Part shown: one piece after another, positions 11,560 to 25,149 of the stretch | How positions within the stretch are numbered: the stretch's first letter is position 1 | Layout of the letters: each line of letters starts with the position of its first letter | NCBI GenBank assembly: GCA_001949185.1 | Contig: BDGG01000016.1 | Span: 1,066,049-1,130,048, forward strand | Direction of reading: 5' to 3' | Source: Ramazzottius varieornatus | Lineage: Eukaryota; Animalia; Tardigrada | Length of the DNA stretch: 64,000 nucleotides | Program-made: the position numbers and the translations under genes | The notes under the pieces: generated by a model | Database searches by the model: none | What the model saw: the letters and a program-made list of their open reading frames with translations, nothing else | Told to the model about the DNA's origin: nothing

Positions 11560-14500
11560 CTATCGATGCACTTGATCCATCGGCGCATGTTTCCCTCCAC
11601 ACGCTCCACACAGCAGGCCCATCTTATGGCATCCCTTAAGGGGATAGTAGCACCAAAGGCAAGGCAGGAGTAGAGACATGGCGGTGAGGGCCAGCCAGCG
11701 CCAGAAGCAGTTCTTGGCGCTAGTATCACAGCTACAAGGATGCGGCGAGTATTCTTCGCCGTCCGACCCCTCATTCCCTCCACACCCACAGGAGAGAAGT
11801 CCCGAGGCCAGCGGAACACAAGTCAGGCGATTAATGCACTCTTTGGCTTTGTCTGGAGCAAATTCACAGGCGCCCTTCTCATTACCTTCCACCGAGTAAT
11901 ATTCATGGCAATATTTACAGCGGCTTCGTTCGCCTCTGGTGGCATACCTCTTGCTCGCCTTCTCCTTCTTCCTTCCACCCAAGCCTCGTTTGTTCTTAAT
12001 GGGTAAGAGTGGTGGTCGATGGCTGCACATCATATCTAAGTTATAAATCTTGATGCTGCTGATGGAGTCTCTCTTATTGTTTCTTGTTTTGGTTGTGTCT
12101 ATGGAAGCAGGGTAAGTGTATTCGTGTGTGCTGCTGGGTGGATCTGGGTAGAGCGAGGAGACGGAAGTGTGCTCGTCTTCGCTCTTGGCGCTAATGACGT
12201 CAACGTACGTGTACTTTTCCGAAGCGGAAACTAGCGGTTTACTCAGCTCTTTGGCACTGGTCTCGGCAGTGTGCGAAGCGGAAAGACGGACGGTGTAGGC
12301 AGGATCGTGGTGAAGGCCGCTGCTACTGTGGAACGGCGCGGACAGGGACTTGGTCATGGTGGCCGGTAACGACAGGATACGCTTGGCCGGCTCGTTGACG
12401 GGGCTGTGGCGAAAGTGGCGGGCAGAGATTGGCACGGAAGTTGTGGAGAGCTGCGGACTGGCGGTCCGGTGCTCCAAGAAACTTTTGGAGCCCAAGGCAC
12501 GGGGAGGCCGCAGGGGAAGCTTGCGAGCCAGCTCACTCTCACTTCCCTGGAAAGAGCCCAATACATCAGACACGTCACCGCGCGAAACCAGCTGGAAATC
12601 CGAAGGAGAACCGGAAGTTCATAGCACATACAGTACTGTGATATTCATAATACATACCGAGACACTCTGATCGCCAGCGTCCTCGCGTCCGCTTTCGAAA
12701 GCTCTCAGGAGTTCCGGCGAAGCTTCCGGATCACCTGAAACATAAAACTCTCTGTCAATCTTCGGACATACGTTCAAGTTTGAAGAGAAAAATTATTGCT
12801 CGTTTTTTAGGTTTTACCAGATTTTATACGTTCGGGTAATGTGGCGATATGCGCCACAGTACTGCACCATTTTGCTCGAACGTGGCAAACATGTATGCAG
12901 GTCGGTGATGTCATGCTAGTTTGATAGGAAGAGCAATACTTACAGGTTTTGAGTTCCTCCAAGGCTTTCTCGACGGCAATGTCGAAGGTCTTGCCATCTG
13001 CTGCGCTCTGGAAAGTCAAGCCAAATTTCTTTCCCCGAAGCGTCCAGTGTCGGAATGTCGGTGTCACTTGGTTGTACAAGAGATCTTTCTTCAAAATGCA
13101 GTTGAGGCAAACCTGCAATCATTCAACGAGTTCATGGTGGGAGTTTGAAACAAGTGAGTAAATCGTGGTGCTCTTACAGATTCATCGCTCAAACGGTGTC
13201 CAGTGATGACGAACTGCACTCTGGACGTAGGGAGAGCCAGAGGCGAAGGTTGGTTCTCTGGGGCGAAGACGGAAATTCGACGGAGACCCACCAGACTCAT
13301 GCCACCTCCCGCCACCGGCACCCATCCTCCCGAGGAGTCGTCCCGTGTCATCACTTGAGCACGGACTTTGGCCAGACATTCGTTGCTACAACCAGAACAA
13401 CATTCCAGTCAGTAAATGTGGCTTCCAGAAGAACTCTCCTGCTCAAAACTGGGAGTTCGGCAAACCAACACAAAAATTGGCGCATATTCTTGAAAGCCGG
13501 AAGCCTGCGCCACTTCAGGAAAAACCATCCTGATGAGTTAGTTCGCCGGGCTCTGAAATTCGGGATAACTTTCAATTGTGGGGGATTTACTCTGAGTGAG
13601 ATGAGTAGGATCCCATATCGCAAATCTCAAATTACGGGCGAAAATTAAGAACAGCGTAGGGGTACAGTGCGGTCGAACAGAAAATTCTCTGCTTCGCAGT
13701 TCGAGAAGCCTGGCGTGGCAGAAACGTTGACTATTTCCACCGACAAAACAGTCTAGACATTGGAAGACCTTATTATTCCGCGAAGCTCAGTACCAGTTTT
13801 ATCCACCCTAATTTACTTGTCTTCGATTACGCGAATTTACGGTGACGTTTCCAAAAGCCTCGAAGTCCTTCAAAACCAAGATCTGTGGGTGTTTACCAAC
13901 GCCTTAATGGAAGGAGAGACCTTCCGGACATCCTCCGACACCTCGTGGCCCCCTCAAGTCTTTCCGCTCTGTCTGCGGCACCGGCAAATCGTCTGGCCAC
14001 ACCTGAATGTTTTTCCCAGCACGTTTGTCCGCATGGTAAACACCCTGGCATAACCGGCACTCCAAACACATGACGTCAACGGGCGCAAACTCTTCCTTGC
14101 TTGTGTAACTGCTGCACTTCCGTTTTGTCATGAAGCAGACGGAAGAGCTTTACGTCTGAATGGAAAGGCTGAATGCGATAAGATGCACCGTGAAAGTGCA
14201 GCTCATTCATCAAAATTCTGAACCAGTCAGCCTAACAGCTAATCAATTCTGCCCGACAAATCCTACTCGCTCACTCAGCACATAGGACACTTGGCCTACC
14301 ATTGTGTGTAGCAGGACAAGTGTATCCCCAAGGTCCTACTCCAGGCATTTAGACGATCTTGCTTGACGAGCAATTTTCTAAAAATAACTGCCTGTTTGTA
14401 GGACAACTCTTACCGAATTACGCCTAGTCTTTGTATATTCCAGCCATTAGGCTCGTTAAACCGTCTTGAAAATGGTAACACCAGCTTGTCACACTCCTAA

Positions 14501-14787
14501 ACAAGTTGTAAATAATTTCCTGGAAAGACTACGGACAATGATAAGAGGTAAAGCTCATAATCTCCATTTCCCCTACAAAACCTTCTACCAGATTTTCCCC
14601 TCATCTTCTCGAGTGCGGAACCTTGAAAGTTCCTTCGTGATATAGGTCAGTTTCGATAGTTCGTCTAAAAGTCCCTGGAATTGGAACTGATTTCGATTAC
14701 GACAGCGGAGGACAAGGTGTACCTTACTTGCTCAAACTTTCCTCCGTCATAATCTCTTCACAGCTGCGGCTGCTTCTCTGATGACAT
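11560..14787 (-). CDS. SPRED: Sprouty-related EVH1 domain-containing protein
   Basis: EVH1 domain: KVRAQVMTRDDSSGGWVPVAGGG...YNQVTPTFRHW...KFGLTFQS. C-terminal Cys-rich Sprouty domain: RSRCKYCHEYY...CEFAPD...HPCSC...RWLAL...PCLWCYYPLKGC...CGACGGKH. The start exon (MSSEKQPQ, ATG 14787) is tentative. Confidence 0.93.
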
Positions 14788-15357
14788 CTCCGGTCTTTCC
14801 AGACGAACCAAGTCCAGCGACGACGTCCATGATTCAAACCATGATAATATTTTGGTAGAGATGAACGATAAACAGCCCGATAAAATCTTGGCGGTTACAG
14901 TTGGATGCACCTGTGGATCTAACAGCAGGATTGTAGTCAAACGAAGCAACCTTATCAGTCAAAAGCAATTTCATAATGTGAGGCACAGTACCACCAATCA
15001 AATCAAATAATCGACCTTCGAAAATCTAAACAATTCAGGAGGTTACCTTTCAGAAATGCAAACCACCGTTCTGTTACTTCCACAATCCACACTAAAGCCC
15101 CACGAGCGTCTTCCAAGATGAATGGCGCACTGCAGGGAAGAGATGTATAAAGGATGGAGAGAAAGAGAGGAAGAGGCCCGGCAGCATTCAGCTGTTCTGC
15201 TGCTCCTTCAGAATGGAAGTTTGCTCCGATTCATAAAACTGTAACGAGGCACACCCCTTTCCTGTCCTTCTGGGCTCCGTCTTTCCTCCGGCGTGCTTCT
15301 CCCCGTCTCCACCGTGGTACACTTGACAGCTTGTCCCCGCCTACAGACATAACCCGT

Positions 15358-15603
15358 GTATGGTAAGCCGGGCGATCCAAAAGTCCACAGTACTGTTACC
15401 GCGCATGGATGCACGGAGAAACTGACTTTATCCGCGCACACACGCGCGGTAAAATGTCTTTATCCGCGGGTGGATGCGCGGATAAAGTATTTCACCGCGC
15501 ATGGAGTTTCTCAGCGCATTCACGCGCGGGTAAAGTCTATTTATCCGCGCATCCACCCGCGGATAAAGTCAGTTTCACCGCGCATGTACCCGGCTCACCA
15601 TAC
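15358..15603. mobile_element. Foldback/MITE-like palindromic element
   Basis: Ends GTATGGTAAGCCGGG ... CCCGGCTCACCATAC are inverted. The interior is built from inverted TTTATCCGCG/CGCGGATAAA modules. Confidence 0.7.
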
Positions 15604-16566
15604 CCGTGTAAGAAGCTCCAGTTGTGAATGGCTGCTGAAAGTGTCAAGAGAAGATATTGATTGTGTTTGCCGATCCTCCTCTTACCGCAGTAAAAGTTTG
15701 ATAAAGGCACGACTGACAAGCAAACAAACGAGCGTGCACCGGGCCGCTAAAAGGGGCGGGGCGTTGTCAAATGTGCATCACATCATCATACACCTAGGTA
15801 CGCTGTGCACCGCCCGATCGTCGAATCAGCTGGTGTCTGCACGCTGTAGGTTCTCGCCGCCCGTGTGCATATGTTTATTGCCGTCCAATGAAACCTATGT
15901 CTATCGTCAGAATCTTATGGATAGAACAATGGATTACCGCGTGACAGCAGAAAAGTGCGGATATTTTATTCTTGCTACTACTTCGACGAGCACCTCCTGG
16001 AAAAAAATTTATGGTTAGAAAGCTCCGGGATCTTCTTGAGGTGTCCAAAATTACAAACAGGATCTTCAGGAGGGTGGGTAGTCATCGCAATGCCGGTACA
16101 TCCTCCGGCGTTTCACGATCATTGATCAATTCTGGGTTTGTATTGCATGGGTGTGGCGCGCTGACTCACTGGACAACTTCAAGCTCATCATGGATCAGCT
16201 GCCAGAAATAGCTGCGGATCAATTTCGCACGCAAACGGATAAATTTGGTATAATTCATTAGATTTTGTGTTTATCATTCTGTGCGGGGCGTGCCATCGCC
16301 TCTCTTTTTTGTTAATCGAAGTTCGACGACGCACCCATAATTTGGGGAACAGTAAAACTGCTGTCCGTCACGGTGAACTCACGAGTGCACAATATACCGT
16401 GACAAGAGTAAACACCGCGGTAGTCGGTAAAGGAAAATATAACAAAATTTGCTGCGAAGTTCATCGCGCGAGCCTGCGACCACTCTCTGTTTGCTTTTGG
16501 AAAGACCACGAGCTCGACTAATCCAGAATGACGCGGGCTTCGATACCGCAATTATACACAAGCAGT

Positions 16567-16728
16567 AGGCTCGGCTAAGCTAAAATAAGCCGTTTTAACC
16601 GTTCTTAGCCGCGGCTAAAATGAATGTTCGTTCGATTGATTTATTGATGTTAAGTCGCCCGAAACGTTTTAGCCGTTTTTGCCTCGGCTAAGAACGGCTA
16701 AACGGCTTATTTTAGCTTAGCCGAGCCT
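16567..16728. mobile_element. ~160-bp MITE
   Basis: AGGCTCGGCTAAGCTAAAATAAGCCGTTT ... AAACGGCTTATTTTAGCTTAGCCGAGCCT is a perfect 29-bp terminal inverted repeat that extends further inward imperfectly. Confidence 0.8.
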
Positions 16729-16809
16729 CCTATGATATAACCGTAATCATCGGTCACTAGTCCGCATTTATTTTATACGTTGCGTAATGTAGATAAATTA
16801 AGTTAAGAG

Positions 16810-17200
16810 TGATTCCCGCCCAGGATGCTGGATGAACAACTCGAGGACGTGGAGCCTGATGGAGTAGGACGTTCGAACAGCGAGATGGAGTCCTGCCGAG
16901 TTGAAAGAGTAGGACACGTATACTGGTACGGGTATTATTCGTTTCCCGTAGGCTTTAAAGGCAGACATCCGCTAGATAGTACGCTCTCTCAGACGGAAGT
17001 AGGCAAGCGGCATACTGCGCCTTGAAGCTGGACAGGTCCAAGTTTCCTGCTTTATTTTTGCAATAAAGTCTACTGACCGCCGACGACGAAATTCGATGCC
17101 AAGGTTGGCGCTGACCGCGAATAAGTCGACTGATTTGATCAGCTGGCTTCGCGAGCCTCGTTCGCAGCTTCTGTTGAATGGAAAAGGGCGATCCATCCCG
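16810..17200 (-). pseudogene. Possible decayed ArfGAP/ankyrin (ASAP-like) gene fragment
   Basis: The minus-strand frame reads LHLAVRTSYSIRLHVLELFIQHPGGN, resembling the ASAP ankyrin repeat (LHLAVRT...LHLVDFLVQN.GN). Upstream frames are broken. Confidence 0.25.
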
Positions 17201-17364
17201 CATTCCTTTTTCGAGAATCAGTCGCGCTTTTGCACGTTCTCGTCTTCCTCCTCTTTTTGAGGAACCTTGTGTTTTCCCAAGGCTAATTCTAACCGACCTT
17301 CTTAAACACGTAAACGGAATTAGGGCGTTTCTTTGCTGACTGTATTTTTTCTGCAGATTTCGCC

Positions 17365-20300
17365 ATGTCCCGGAAACTCTGCTTTTTCCTCCTGATTTGC
17401 TGTCTTCACATTCCTTCCTCCCTGGGCATTCTCTCTGGTATTATCAAAGCTCTTACAGACGACCATCCGCCCAAAGGTAAAAGTAGTTTTGCCAAGTGCT
17501 TTCACGGAAAATCCACGGTTAATCTTCTCGTGTTATCCCAGGGAAGCCGGTGCCGGAAGTATGTCCACTTGGCGACGTTTTCTGCCGAGACGGATTGCAG
17601 TGCATCCACAAAACCTGGCTCTGTGATGGTTCCCGGGACTGTGCAGATGGCTCGGACGAAGACAGCTGCAGAATGACATGTAACGCGATGCAGTTCCAGT
17701 GCGACCAGAACCGGTGCATCCCGTTGATATGGCGTTGTGATGGACAGAAAGATTGCCTGGATAACAGCGACGAAGATCCGCAGGTAAATGAAATTCAGTA
17801 AAATTATGGGGTTTGGCAGGCTGTGCGGTGTCTGCTTGAGGTTGTTGTTGCATTTTTGCGCTGTGACGTTTTTCGCTGTGCGATTCGACATGGAGTGGAT
17901 TTTGCCGCAGATTTTCGAACAATTTCTACAGATCTGCTACAGATTTTGCTTGTAGATTTTCTAACGTTCGTTTTCTGGATTAGGTTTGCAAGCGATCCAC
18001 TTGTCCCTCCGATCATTTCCACTGCAAGAGTGGGGAATGTCTGCCGAAGCACTGGAAGTGTGATGGAGCGAAGGACTGTAGGGGTGGAGACGACGAAGAC
18101 GAGAAGATGTGCGCCAAGGCCAAAGAATGCTACGCTGGAGAACGAGCCTGCAAGAACAACAAGTGCATCTCCAACAGTTTGTGGTGTGACGGACGAGCTG
18201 ACTGCACTGACGGCTCAGACGAAGCTGCCTGCGCCAACGACTACCAGAACGATGCTCCAGCTTCCTGCAACCCCGGCCAGTATCGATGCGGAAGCGGAAG
18301 ATGCATTCCGGAAAGATGGGTGTGTGATGGCTGGAAAGACTGCGACGACAATGAAGACGAGACAGCACCCGAATGCCTGCCTTCTTCCACTACGCATCCT
18401 CCCTTCGAAAACTGTAAGTCGAGCGTACACATAACCCAGAAACTTTCGCTGGATAATTTTCCCTTCTTACCAAAAAGGAAATCTGGTAATTTCGCTAGAT
18501 GGTCGTACTGAACGGACTTCCGCCAAGTGACGCTCTGAAATCTTTTTGATCAGCGGACACTGGCGGCAACGGAGCGTACTGTGGCCGGAAATGTTGATAT
18601 AATGACTTTGACGTCAGAGTACTCGTGTGGTGTTGTGCAGTTAGTCATGACGTCCTAACAAGAGTATCCGGCTGGCGTACGTGCACCACCTGTTGATTTC
18701 GACAATGTCGCTACTCGCCAGTTCTCGCCATGTCTTGATTTTTGAATTTACTTTCGCAGTTTCACCGCGGTCATCAGGAGAGAACCGAGAAATGACCGGC
18801 GGTCTAGCTCACTCCTGCACCAACGGCGACTTTACCTGCAAGAACGGCGAATGCATCCCGCTGAACTGGCGATGCGACATGAACAGTGATTGTGAAGACA
18901 GCAGCGACGAGCTCGGATGCGAGAAGCCGGAAGCGAAGTTCCTGCTGGTCACCCACACGAACTCTACGCTCCGGCAGTCTGAATGCTTTCACGACCAGTT
19001 CCCGTGCCTCTCACCAGCGAAAAGCAGGATCTGTCTTCCGCTGACCCAGGTATGTGACAAGAAGATGGATTGCCTCAACGGCACGGACGAAGGCGCGGCA
19101 TGCGATGGCGCTTGCAAGAACGACAACGGCATGTGCAGTCACAAATGCAACCCAACACCCGCCGGCGCTGTTTGTTCCTGCCTTCCAGGGTAACTACCAC
19201 CTCTTTAGCCTACAATTCTTATTCCTCAAACCATGCTTGGCGTTCACGGAGGCTTCAGTGCGGAAGTGAAGAGGACTGAGACGTCGGCAAATGACTTGAA
19301 CATGATCGTGTTTCCAGGTGGCGCACACTTTCCGGCAACAACAATCAGAACGTGCGCCACTTGGGATGACGATCATGTTCAATTATTTGCCGATGTCCCA
19401 ATTGGTACTCTGGTTTCCCCAAATATCTCTTCCCTGTTTTGTAGGTTTTCGCTGTCGGGCGATGTGAGATCGTGTGTGGACATCGATGAATGCCAAGGCG
19501 CTTCCGGGCCTTGTGACCAGAAGTGCAACAACACGGTAGGCTCGTACGAGTGTAGCTGCGCTCCTGGCTTCACCCTGGAGAAAGACCGCCACCGATGCAA
19601 GTCCATCGAAGGAGCCATTCTTCTCTTTGCCTGTGACCAGAACATTCGCCTGGTCAGCCTGAACAGCGAACATGAAGCCCAGATCTTCAACGGAAACGAT
19701 CGACTCGCCGTCGGACTGGACTACGCTCAAGAAAACAACTCCACCATCGTAAGTCTCACTCTGTGGTTTTGCAAGTTTCCGAACACGAACACTAGTCTTC
19801 CCAACATTAGATTGTGAATTCTGCAAAAGATTGAACAGGAAATTCTAATTTGGTAGCCGGCAAACGAAACGCACGGGATGGTCAATGTAATGGCGCACGT
19901 TGTTATTGCTATTGGCTGACAGCATGCGCCACCTGAAATGTACTTGTACGTTTTTTTGCCGAACTCTCAAGTTGTTTCCCACAGTCCAGCATTTCTTTGC
20001 AGATCTTTTACTCGGATGAAGAAAGACATCGCCTGTCCATGGTGAAGCTGATGCAGCCACAGAACCAAGAACGAGTTATCTTGGACAACGTTCAGGGTGT
20101 GGCGGAAGTGGCCTACGATTGGGTCGCCAAGAATCTGTACTTCGTCGACCGAGTTCGCGGCCAGATTGGCATCTGCTCGCTAGGTGGCAACCTTGCCTAC
20201 TGCACACAGCTCTTGCCCTCTAGAGCTCGAGCTATCGCTGTCCATCCGGGCCACAGCATGCTGTTCTACGCGGAGGGAAGAAGTGACGGCGGGAAGATTG

Positions 20301-23300
20301 AACGAACATTCCTCGACGGAAGCGGAAGTAAGTGAAAATTTCCCAAATCTTCGGATTAATTCTTCGAAAATTTGTTTCGAAATCGTCGTAGTTTTCTCAT
20401 TCTTTTGCGACTTCTAGAAAATGCTTTGATAATCAGACTGGTTTCGGAAAATCTGATCTTTGAGCGTTGTGCTTTCAGAAATGAGAACTCTGTAATGAAC
20501 TCGACGACATTGGTTCCTCAAATGGCGTACGGTTTCAGCTTTATTGGCTGGAATCGTGCGCCACTTGGAGAAGGATTTGGTCGAGTTTGTTTGCCGAGCT
20601 CTCAAACAACAAATCTTCTTTGCGAGTAAGGATATCTGATGTCGATTGTTTCGATGCAGTACCTTGAACAGTGCTTCTTCTCCTGTTTCAGGAGTGACAG
20701 TTTTGGACAAGAAGGTTCTCTCGCCGACCTTGCTGACTATCGACTTCATCCACGATCGCCTGTACTTCGCCGATACGCAGGTGAATTTCCTAGAGTCGTG
20801 CAAGTTGGAGGGCTCTGATAGAAGGATCGTCTTCCACATGAAGGACGCCCAGCCGTATGGCATGTCCATCTTTAACGGTCGTCTGTACTACACCGACTGG
20901 AAAAGTCAAGCCGTGAAGAAGGTCGCTGTCAACGGATCACAAGCTGTGACGCTGTTCAGCAGTCCTCGAAAGCCGATGTCCCTTACCATCATCCACGAAT
21001 CTCGACAACCCAACTTCAACTCGGTACGAAAACTTTGAATTTCACTTACAAGGGAACGGAGGTGACCATGAGAGTTTGAACTTCTTCCAACTTTTCCTGT
21101 CGAAAGTACTCGGTCCTAGCTACCGTTCGAGGGTACTCTCAGTTGCCACCGAGCACCTTTTGGCTAGGGAGCAAATTTCCGAATGCGTGGAACCCTCTCA
21201 AAACCACTGTGGGACCTCTGACTTCTCGATGTCTACTGGTTCTCATATCGTCCGAAACATAACGTCTCCAGCAACAAAAATGCATTACATGAACTGGTGA
21301 ACACTCCTGATGTTTCAGGTTAGCGAAACAAAAATTTTCGTTTCTTCAACNNNNNNNNNNNNNNNNNNNNNNNNNNNNNNNNNNNNNNNNNNNNNNNNNN
21401 NNNNNNNNNNNNNNNNNNNNNNNNNNNNNNNNNNNNNNNNNNNNNNNNNNNNNNNNNNNNNNNNNNNNNNNNNNNNNNNNNNNNNNNNNNNNNNNNNNNN
21501 NNNNNNNNNNNNNNNNNNNNNNNNNNNNNNNNNNNNNNNNNNNNNNNNNNNNNNNNNNNNNNNNNNNNNNNNNNNNNNNNNNNNNNNNNNNNNNNNNNNN
21601 NNNNNNNNNNNNNNNNNNNNNNNNNNNNNNNNNNNNNNNNNNNNNNNNNNNNNNNNNNNNNNNNNNNNNNNNNNNNNNNNNNNNNNNNNNNNNNNNNNNN
21701 NNNNNNNNNNNNNNNNNNNNNNNNNNNNNNNNNNNNNNNNNNNNNNNNNNNNNNNNNNNNNNNNNNNNNNNNNNNNNNNNNNNNNNNNNNNNNNNNNNNN
21801 NNNNNNNNNNNNNNNNNNNNACGTTATGTTTCGGACGATACGAGAACCAGTAGACATCGAGAAGTCAGAGGTCCCACAGTGGTTTTGAGAGGGTTCCACG
21901 CATTCGAAATTTGCTCCCTAGCCAAAAGGTGCTCGGTGGTAACTGAGAGTACCCTTGAACGGTAACTAGGACCGAGTACTTTCGACAGGAAAAGTTGGAA
22001 GAAGTTCAGACTCCCATGGTCACCTCCGTTCCCTTGTGTTGGACAAGTGTTCGAACTAATAGGACAAGTCTGGCAGACTGGATGGCGTTTATTAGTGGCG
22101 CGGGCTTTCAGTCAACATCACTGTAAAGGTGCGCCACAAGCCAATCTTGTCGAGTTTGTTGGCCCAGCTTCCATTCCAGTTCGAAACTTCAAAAGATGAG
22201 GTCCAGCTGTTTAACTTTCGCCGCGTACATTTCTTCAGGCTTGCAAAGCGGACAAAAATCCCTGTCAGCACATCTGCGCCGCCAAAGCGGGTAACCGACG
22301 CACTTGCATGTGCCATGAAGGTGAGAAACTCTTGATCGGGGTCTAGGTCTGATAATGTGTTTTCGGAACTGACAATGAGGTTTCTGTCCATGATGTCTGT
22401 GATTACTAAGAAGCATCGCTCTTACGTTTGATGTTGTTTGAAGGTTTCAAGCTGCGCGCCAACGGTATCAGTTGTGATCCAGTCGCTGGTATAGTATCGC
22501 TCTTCCGGAAGGATGGTGTGGATGCTCCTCGGGCAATCAACTTCACCAACGGGCTTCACCACGGCAAGCGGCTCTGCAACAAGAAGGACAAGCCGACGAT
22601 GGACGAGGTTTGTATCTGCATGATGGGCAAGTGCTTTTGGGAACCCATCCACGAAGACGTCAAGGCAGCCATCGCTCGAACCGGAAACGGCGAAGAATTC
22701 GGAGCAGCTCATGCCGAACCCAGCGTCCACAAGACCTCTCTCCGTGTAAGCTTTCAAAGCAAACTGTGCAGGCAAAAAACTTATTTGCGTCAAAATTGAA
22801 CGGTTTGATGTTGGAAAGCTCGGCAAATAAACTCGGTAAGACTTTTTTCCCGAGTGACGCACGTTCTCAGTTTTCACGGCTGGAAACGTGTGCCCCTTGA
22901 AAAAGGAATCTCTCGAATCTGCCCAAGTGACGCGTCTTCCCAGTGTTGTTTGGTTTGACGAGCGCGCCACATGAAAAGGAATCTGGTGCGATTTGAAATG
23001 TTTGTTTATCGTTTCAGACGAATGATCTGAGTCGGTACAGCGCAGCTACACTAGCCGGCATCATCTGCGCCTGTGTGGTCAGCATTCTGGCTCTCCTGCT
23101 CATAGTCTTCCTTCTCCGCAAGTACAAGCCGCACCTGATGGATCCCTATTCGGACCAGAAGAGCCTCATCGACGAGGTTGACAACGCCCCAGGAGCCAAG
23201 CAGATGAAGCCTCGCACTCCCAGCGTCGGAGCCAGCTTCAACAACCCCACGTACGAGAACGTGTCACCCGGCAGCTCGGCTTACATGGTCAAGTTTTACA

Positions 23301-23376
23301 AGAGCGGATACAACCGCATCTCGGCCGAAGGACGAGCCGCTCCAGCGACACCAGCGTCCTCCGCGCAGACTGTATG
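17365..23376 (+). CDS. LDL-receptor family protein (LDLR/lipophorin-receptor-type architecture)
   Basis: Signal peptide, 7 LDLa repeats (e.g. [13 protein letters not shown]), two EGF domains (second is cbEGF, DIDECQ...[10 protein letters not shown]), YWTD-type propeller ([23 protein letters not shown]), EGF, TM helix ([26 protein letters not shown]) and a cytoplasmic FNNPTY internalisation motif. Stop at 23374-23376. Confidence 0.93.
19284..19393. repeat. Palindromic element, full ~110-bp unit (LDLR intron)
   Basis: TCGGCAAATGACTTGAACATGATCGT...GTGGCGCAC-N25-GTGCGCCAC...ACGATCATGTTCAATTATTTGCCGA. Confidence 0.9.
21048..22037. mobile_element. Long-TIR (foldback-type) non-autonomous transposon in an LDLR intron; centre is an assembly gap
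   Basis: 21821-22037 is the near-identical reverse complement of 21048-~21265 (ACAAGGGAACGGAGGTGACCATG... / ...CATGGTCACCTCCGTTCCCTTGT). Confidence 0.85.
21351..21820. other. Assembly gap (N run)
   Basis: Run of N. Confidence 1.
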
Positions 23377-23974
23377 ACCCAGAAGTAAGCTCTTCAGTTT
23401 TTCTTTCACTTTGCACAGAATTTGCGCCAAGGTTCTTTGTGATTTTCTTGGAGTAGTTTCTGGTGATACATTGCTTGGATATATTTGTGTTCCCCAGTGA
23501 CATTATTTTCTTATTTTTGTTTCACTTGCTCATGATTGCCTGATAGTTTTGGTACTCCTTTTTGCCAGTCATTTTTGCTCCGACATTGAGCTCATGTTTT
23601 GTTGTCATGATATTATTATTAAACATCGTGGATCACGTCGTTACATGACCGGGTAAGAAGGCAGAAAGATCACGTCCCCCAACAACACACCAGGGCTGAA
23701 GTTCTGAGATCCTTGCTGAATGAAGGGACGTCACAGGACAACTCTCCTGAGCCGATTTACCCGAAACCTCTCGTCCCCCTAGAAGCCGAAAATCCTGGAT
23801 TACCTCCATGTTCGCCGTATGTATACGTACGTCGACTGCGAGGAGAGGTCGGCGTCGCACTTCCGCCACCAACAGGCAACAGCAGTGATTCGGGTGAAAT
23901 GCGAGTCGAGCCGCGCCTCTTGGAATGGAGCAACGAGATAAGCTCCGCCCCTGAACCCACTGGAAGCAGTCAGC

Positions 23975-25029
23975 TAGCGCTGGCAAAAATACGATAAAAT
24001 TCGATACTATATTTTTCGACACAATATCGGCGGATATTTTATTGCGGTCATCGATATTCATTCGATATCGATATTTCGATACGCTATTCTTTCCGATACC
24101 GTATTTTCGATATATCGTATCATATCGCAGCGATATATCGATATTTCTTGAATTTTATTTTTCGGAACTCCACTGGTTCAAGCCCAAAAACTCAGGAAGC
24201 CGATTTCCACATAATGTGTTAGTAAGATCGAAAGCGTCGGATGCAGCAAAGACATGACTATACCAAGACTTCAAACACATGGAAACCTAGAAAGAATTAG
24301 TACCAGACTTCGCGGGGCGGCACCCTAATGAATATTGTTGCCGCCGTGGAAGGCTAAAAAGGAAGAAAACGGGAACTGGGATGATGGCAGCGCGTATCCC
24401 AAGTTCCCAACCATTGATTTACTCCTTGTGACTCAGAGTGCAATGCCATAACCTTATCTCCTTGTTTTGTGACCAACTTTCGCTTCTCTGTCGCATTCCA
24501 TTCACAAGCTTGTCTCCACTATTGTACTTTGCCCTTCACTGGGCAAAGTTCAGCAGAGGGGTTCAAACACCAGCTTACGAACAAAACCAGCTCCGCAACG
24601 ACAGCTCGTGCCCAAAAATCCCATGTTAGACCACCTGAAGTGGTCTGACATGGGATAATATGGGGTATCAAGTCACATGCAAGGTTGATTGGTTAGCTCT
24701 CCGAGCATTGCGTAATAGCCTGACACTGTATCGGCGGCAACAACCGAATGGGCGGAGTGTGCTCGGTACACCATGGCGAAAATCTAGTCTTTGAAGTCAA
24801 CCATGGTCTTCCGTAAACAAGATATCACTGGCGAGTGTGCCATTCAGCAAAATACCGATATACCGATAATATATCGATACGGCGCGATACGATATCGCCG
24901 AATATTTCATTGCGTTATTCGATATGAGCTCTATATCGATATTTTGATACAATATCTGCCGCATATTTTATCGCGAAGATTCGATATGTTTCGATACGAT
25001 GTCTGTATACCGTATCGTTGCCACCACTA
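23975..25029. mobile_element. Non-autonomous hAT-like DNA transposon
   Basis: Imperfect TIRs TAGCGCTGGCAA / TTGCCACCACTA. Flanking 8-mers CAGTCAGC and CTGTCGGC match at 6/8, consistent with a decayed 8-bp TSD. Both ends carry dense subterminal CGATA/TATCG repeats. Confidence 0.7.
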
Positions 25030-25149
25030 CTGTCGGCAGCTCGTCAGTGCAGCACTGACGAGCTGCTGAACATCGTGCTACACCAAGTTGATTTGCCTGA
25101 TTGCTGCCAGAACATACAGTTGATTAGTTGAAGGGCACAACTATCAGTT

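Noticed and set aside
15356-16018. 220-aa plus-strand ORF
   Set aside because: It starts within a palindromic repeat, has no recognisable motif, and similar peptides appear on both strands.
21310-21899. ~190-aa ORFs on both strands
   Set aside because: Artefacts of the N gap.
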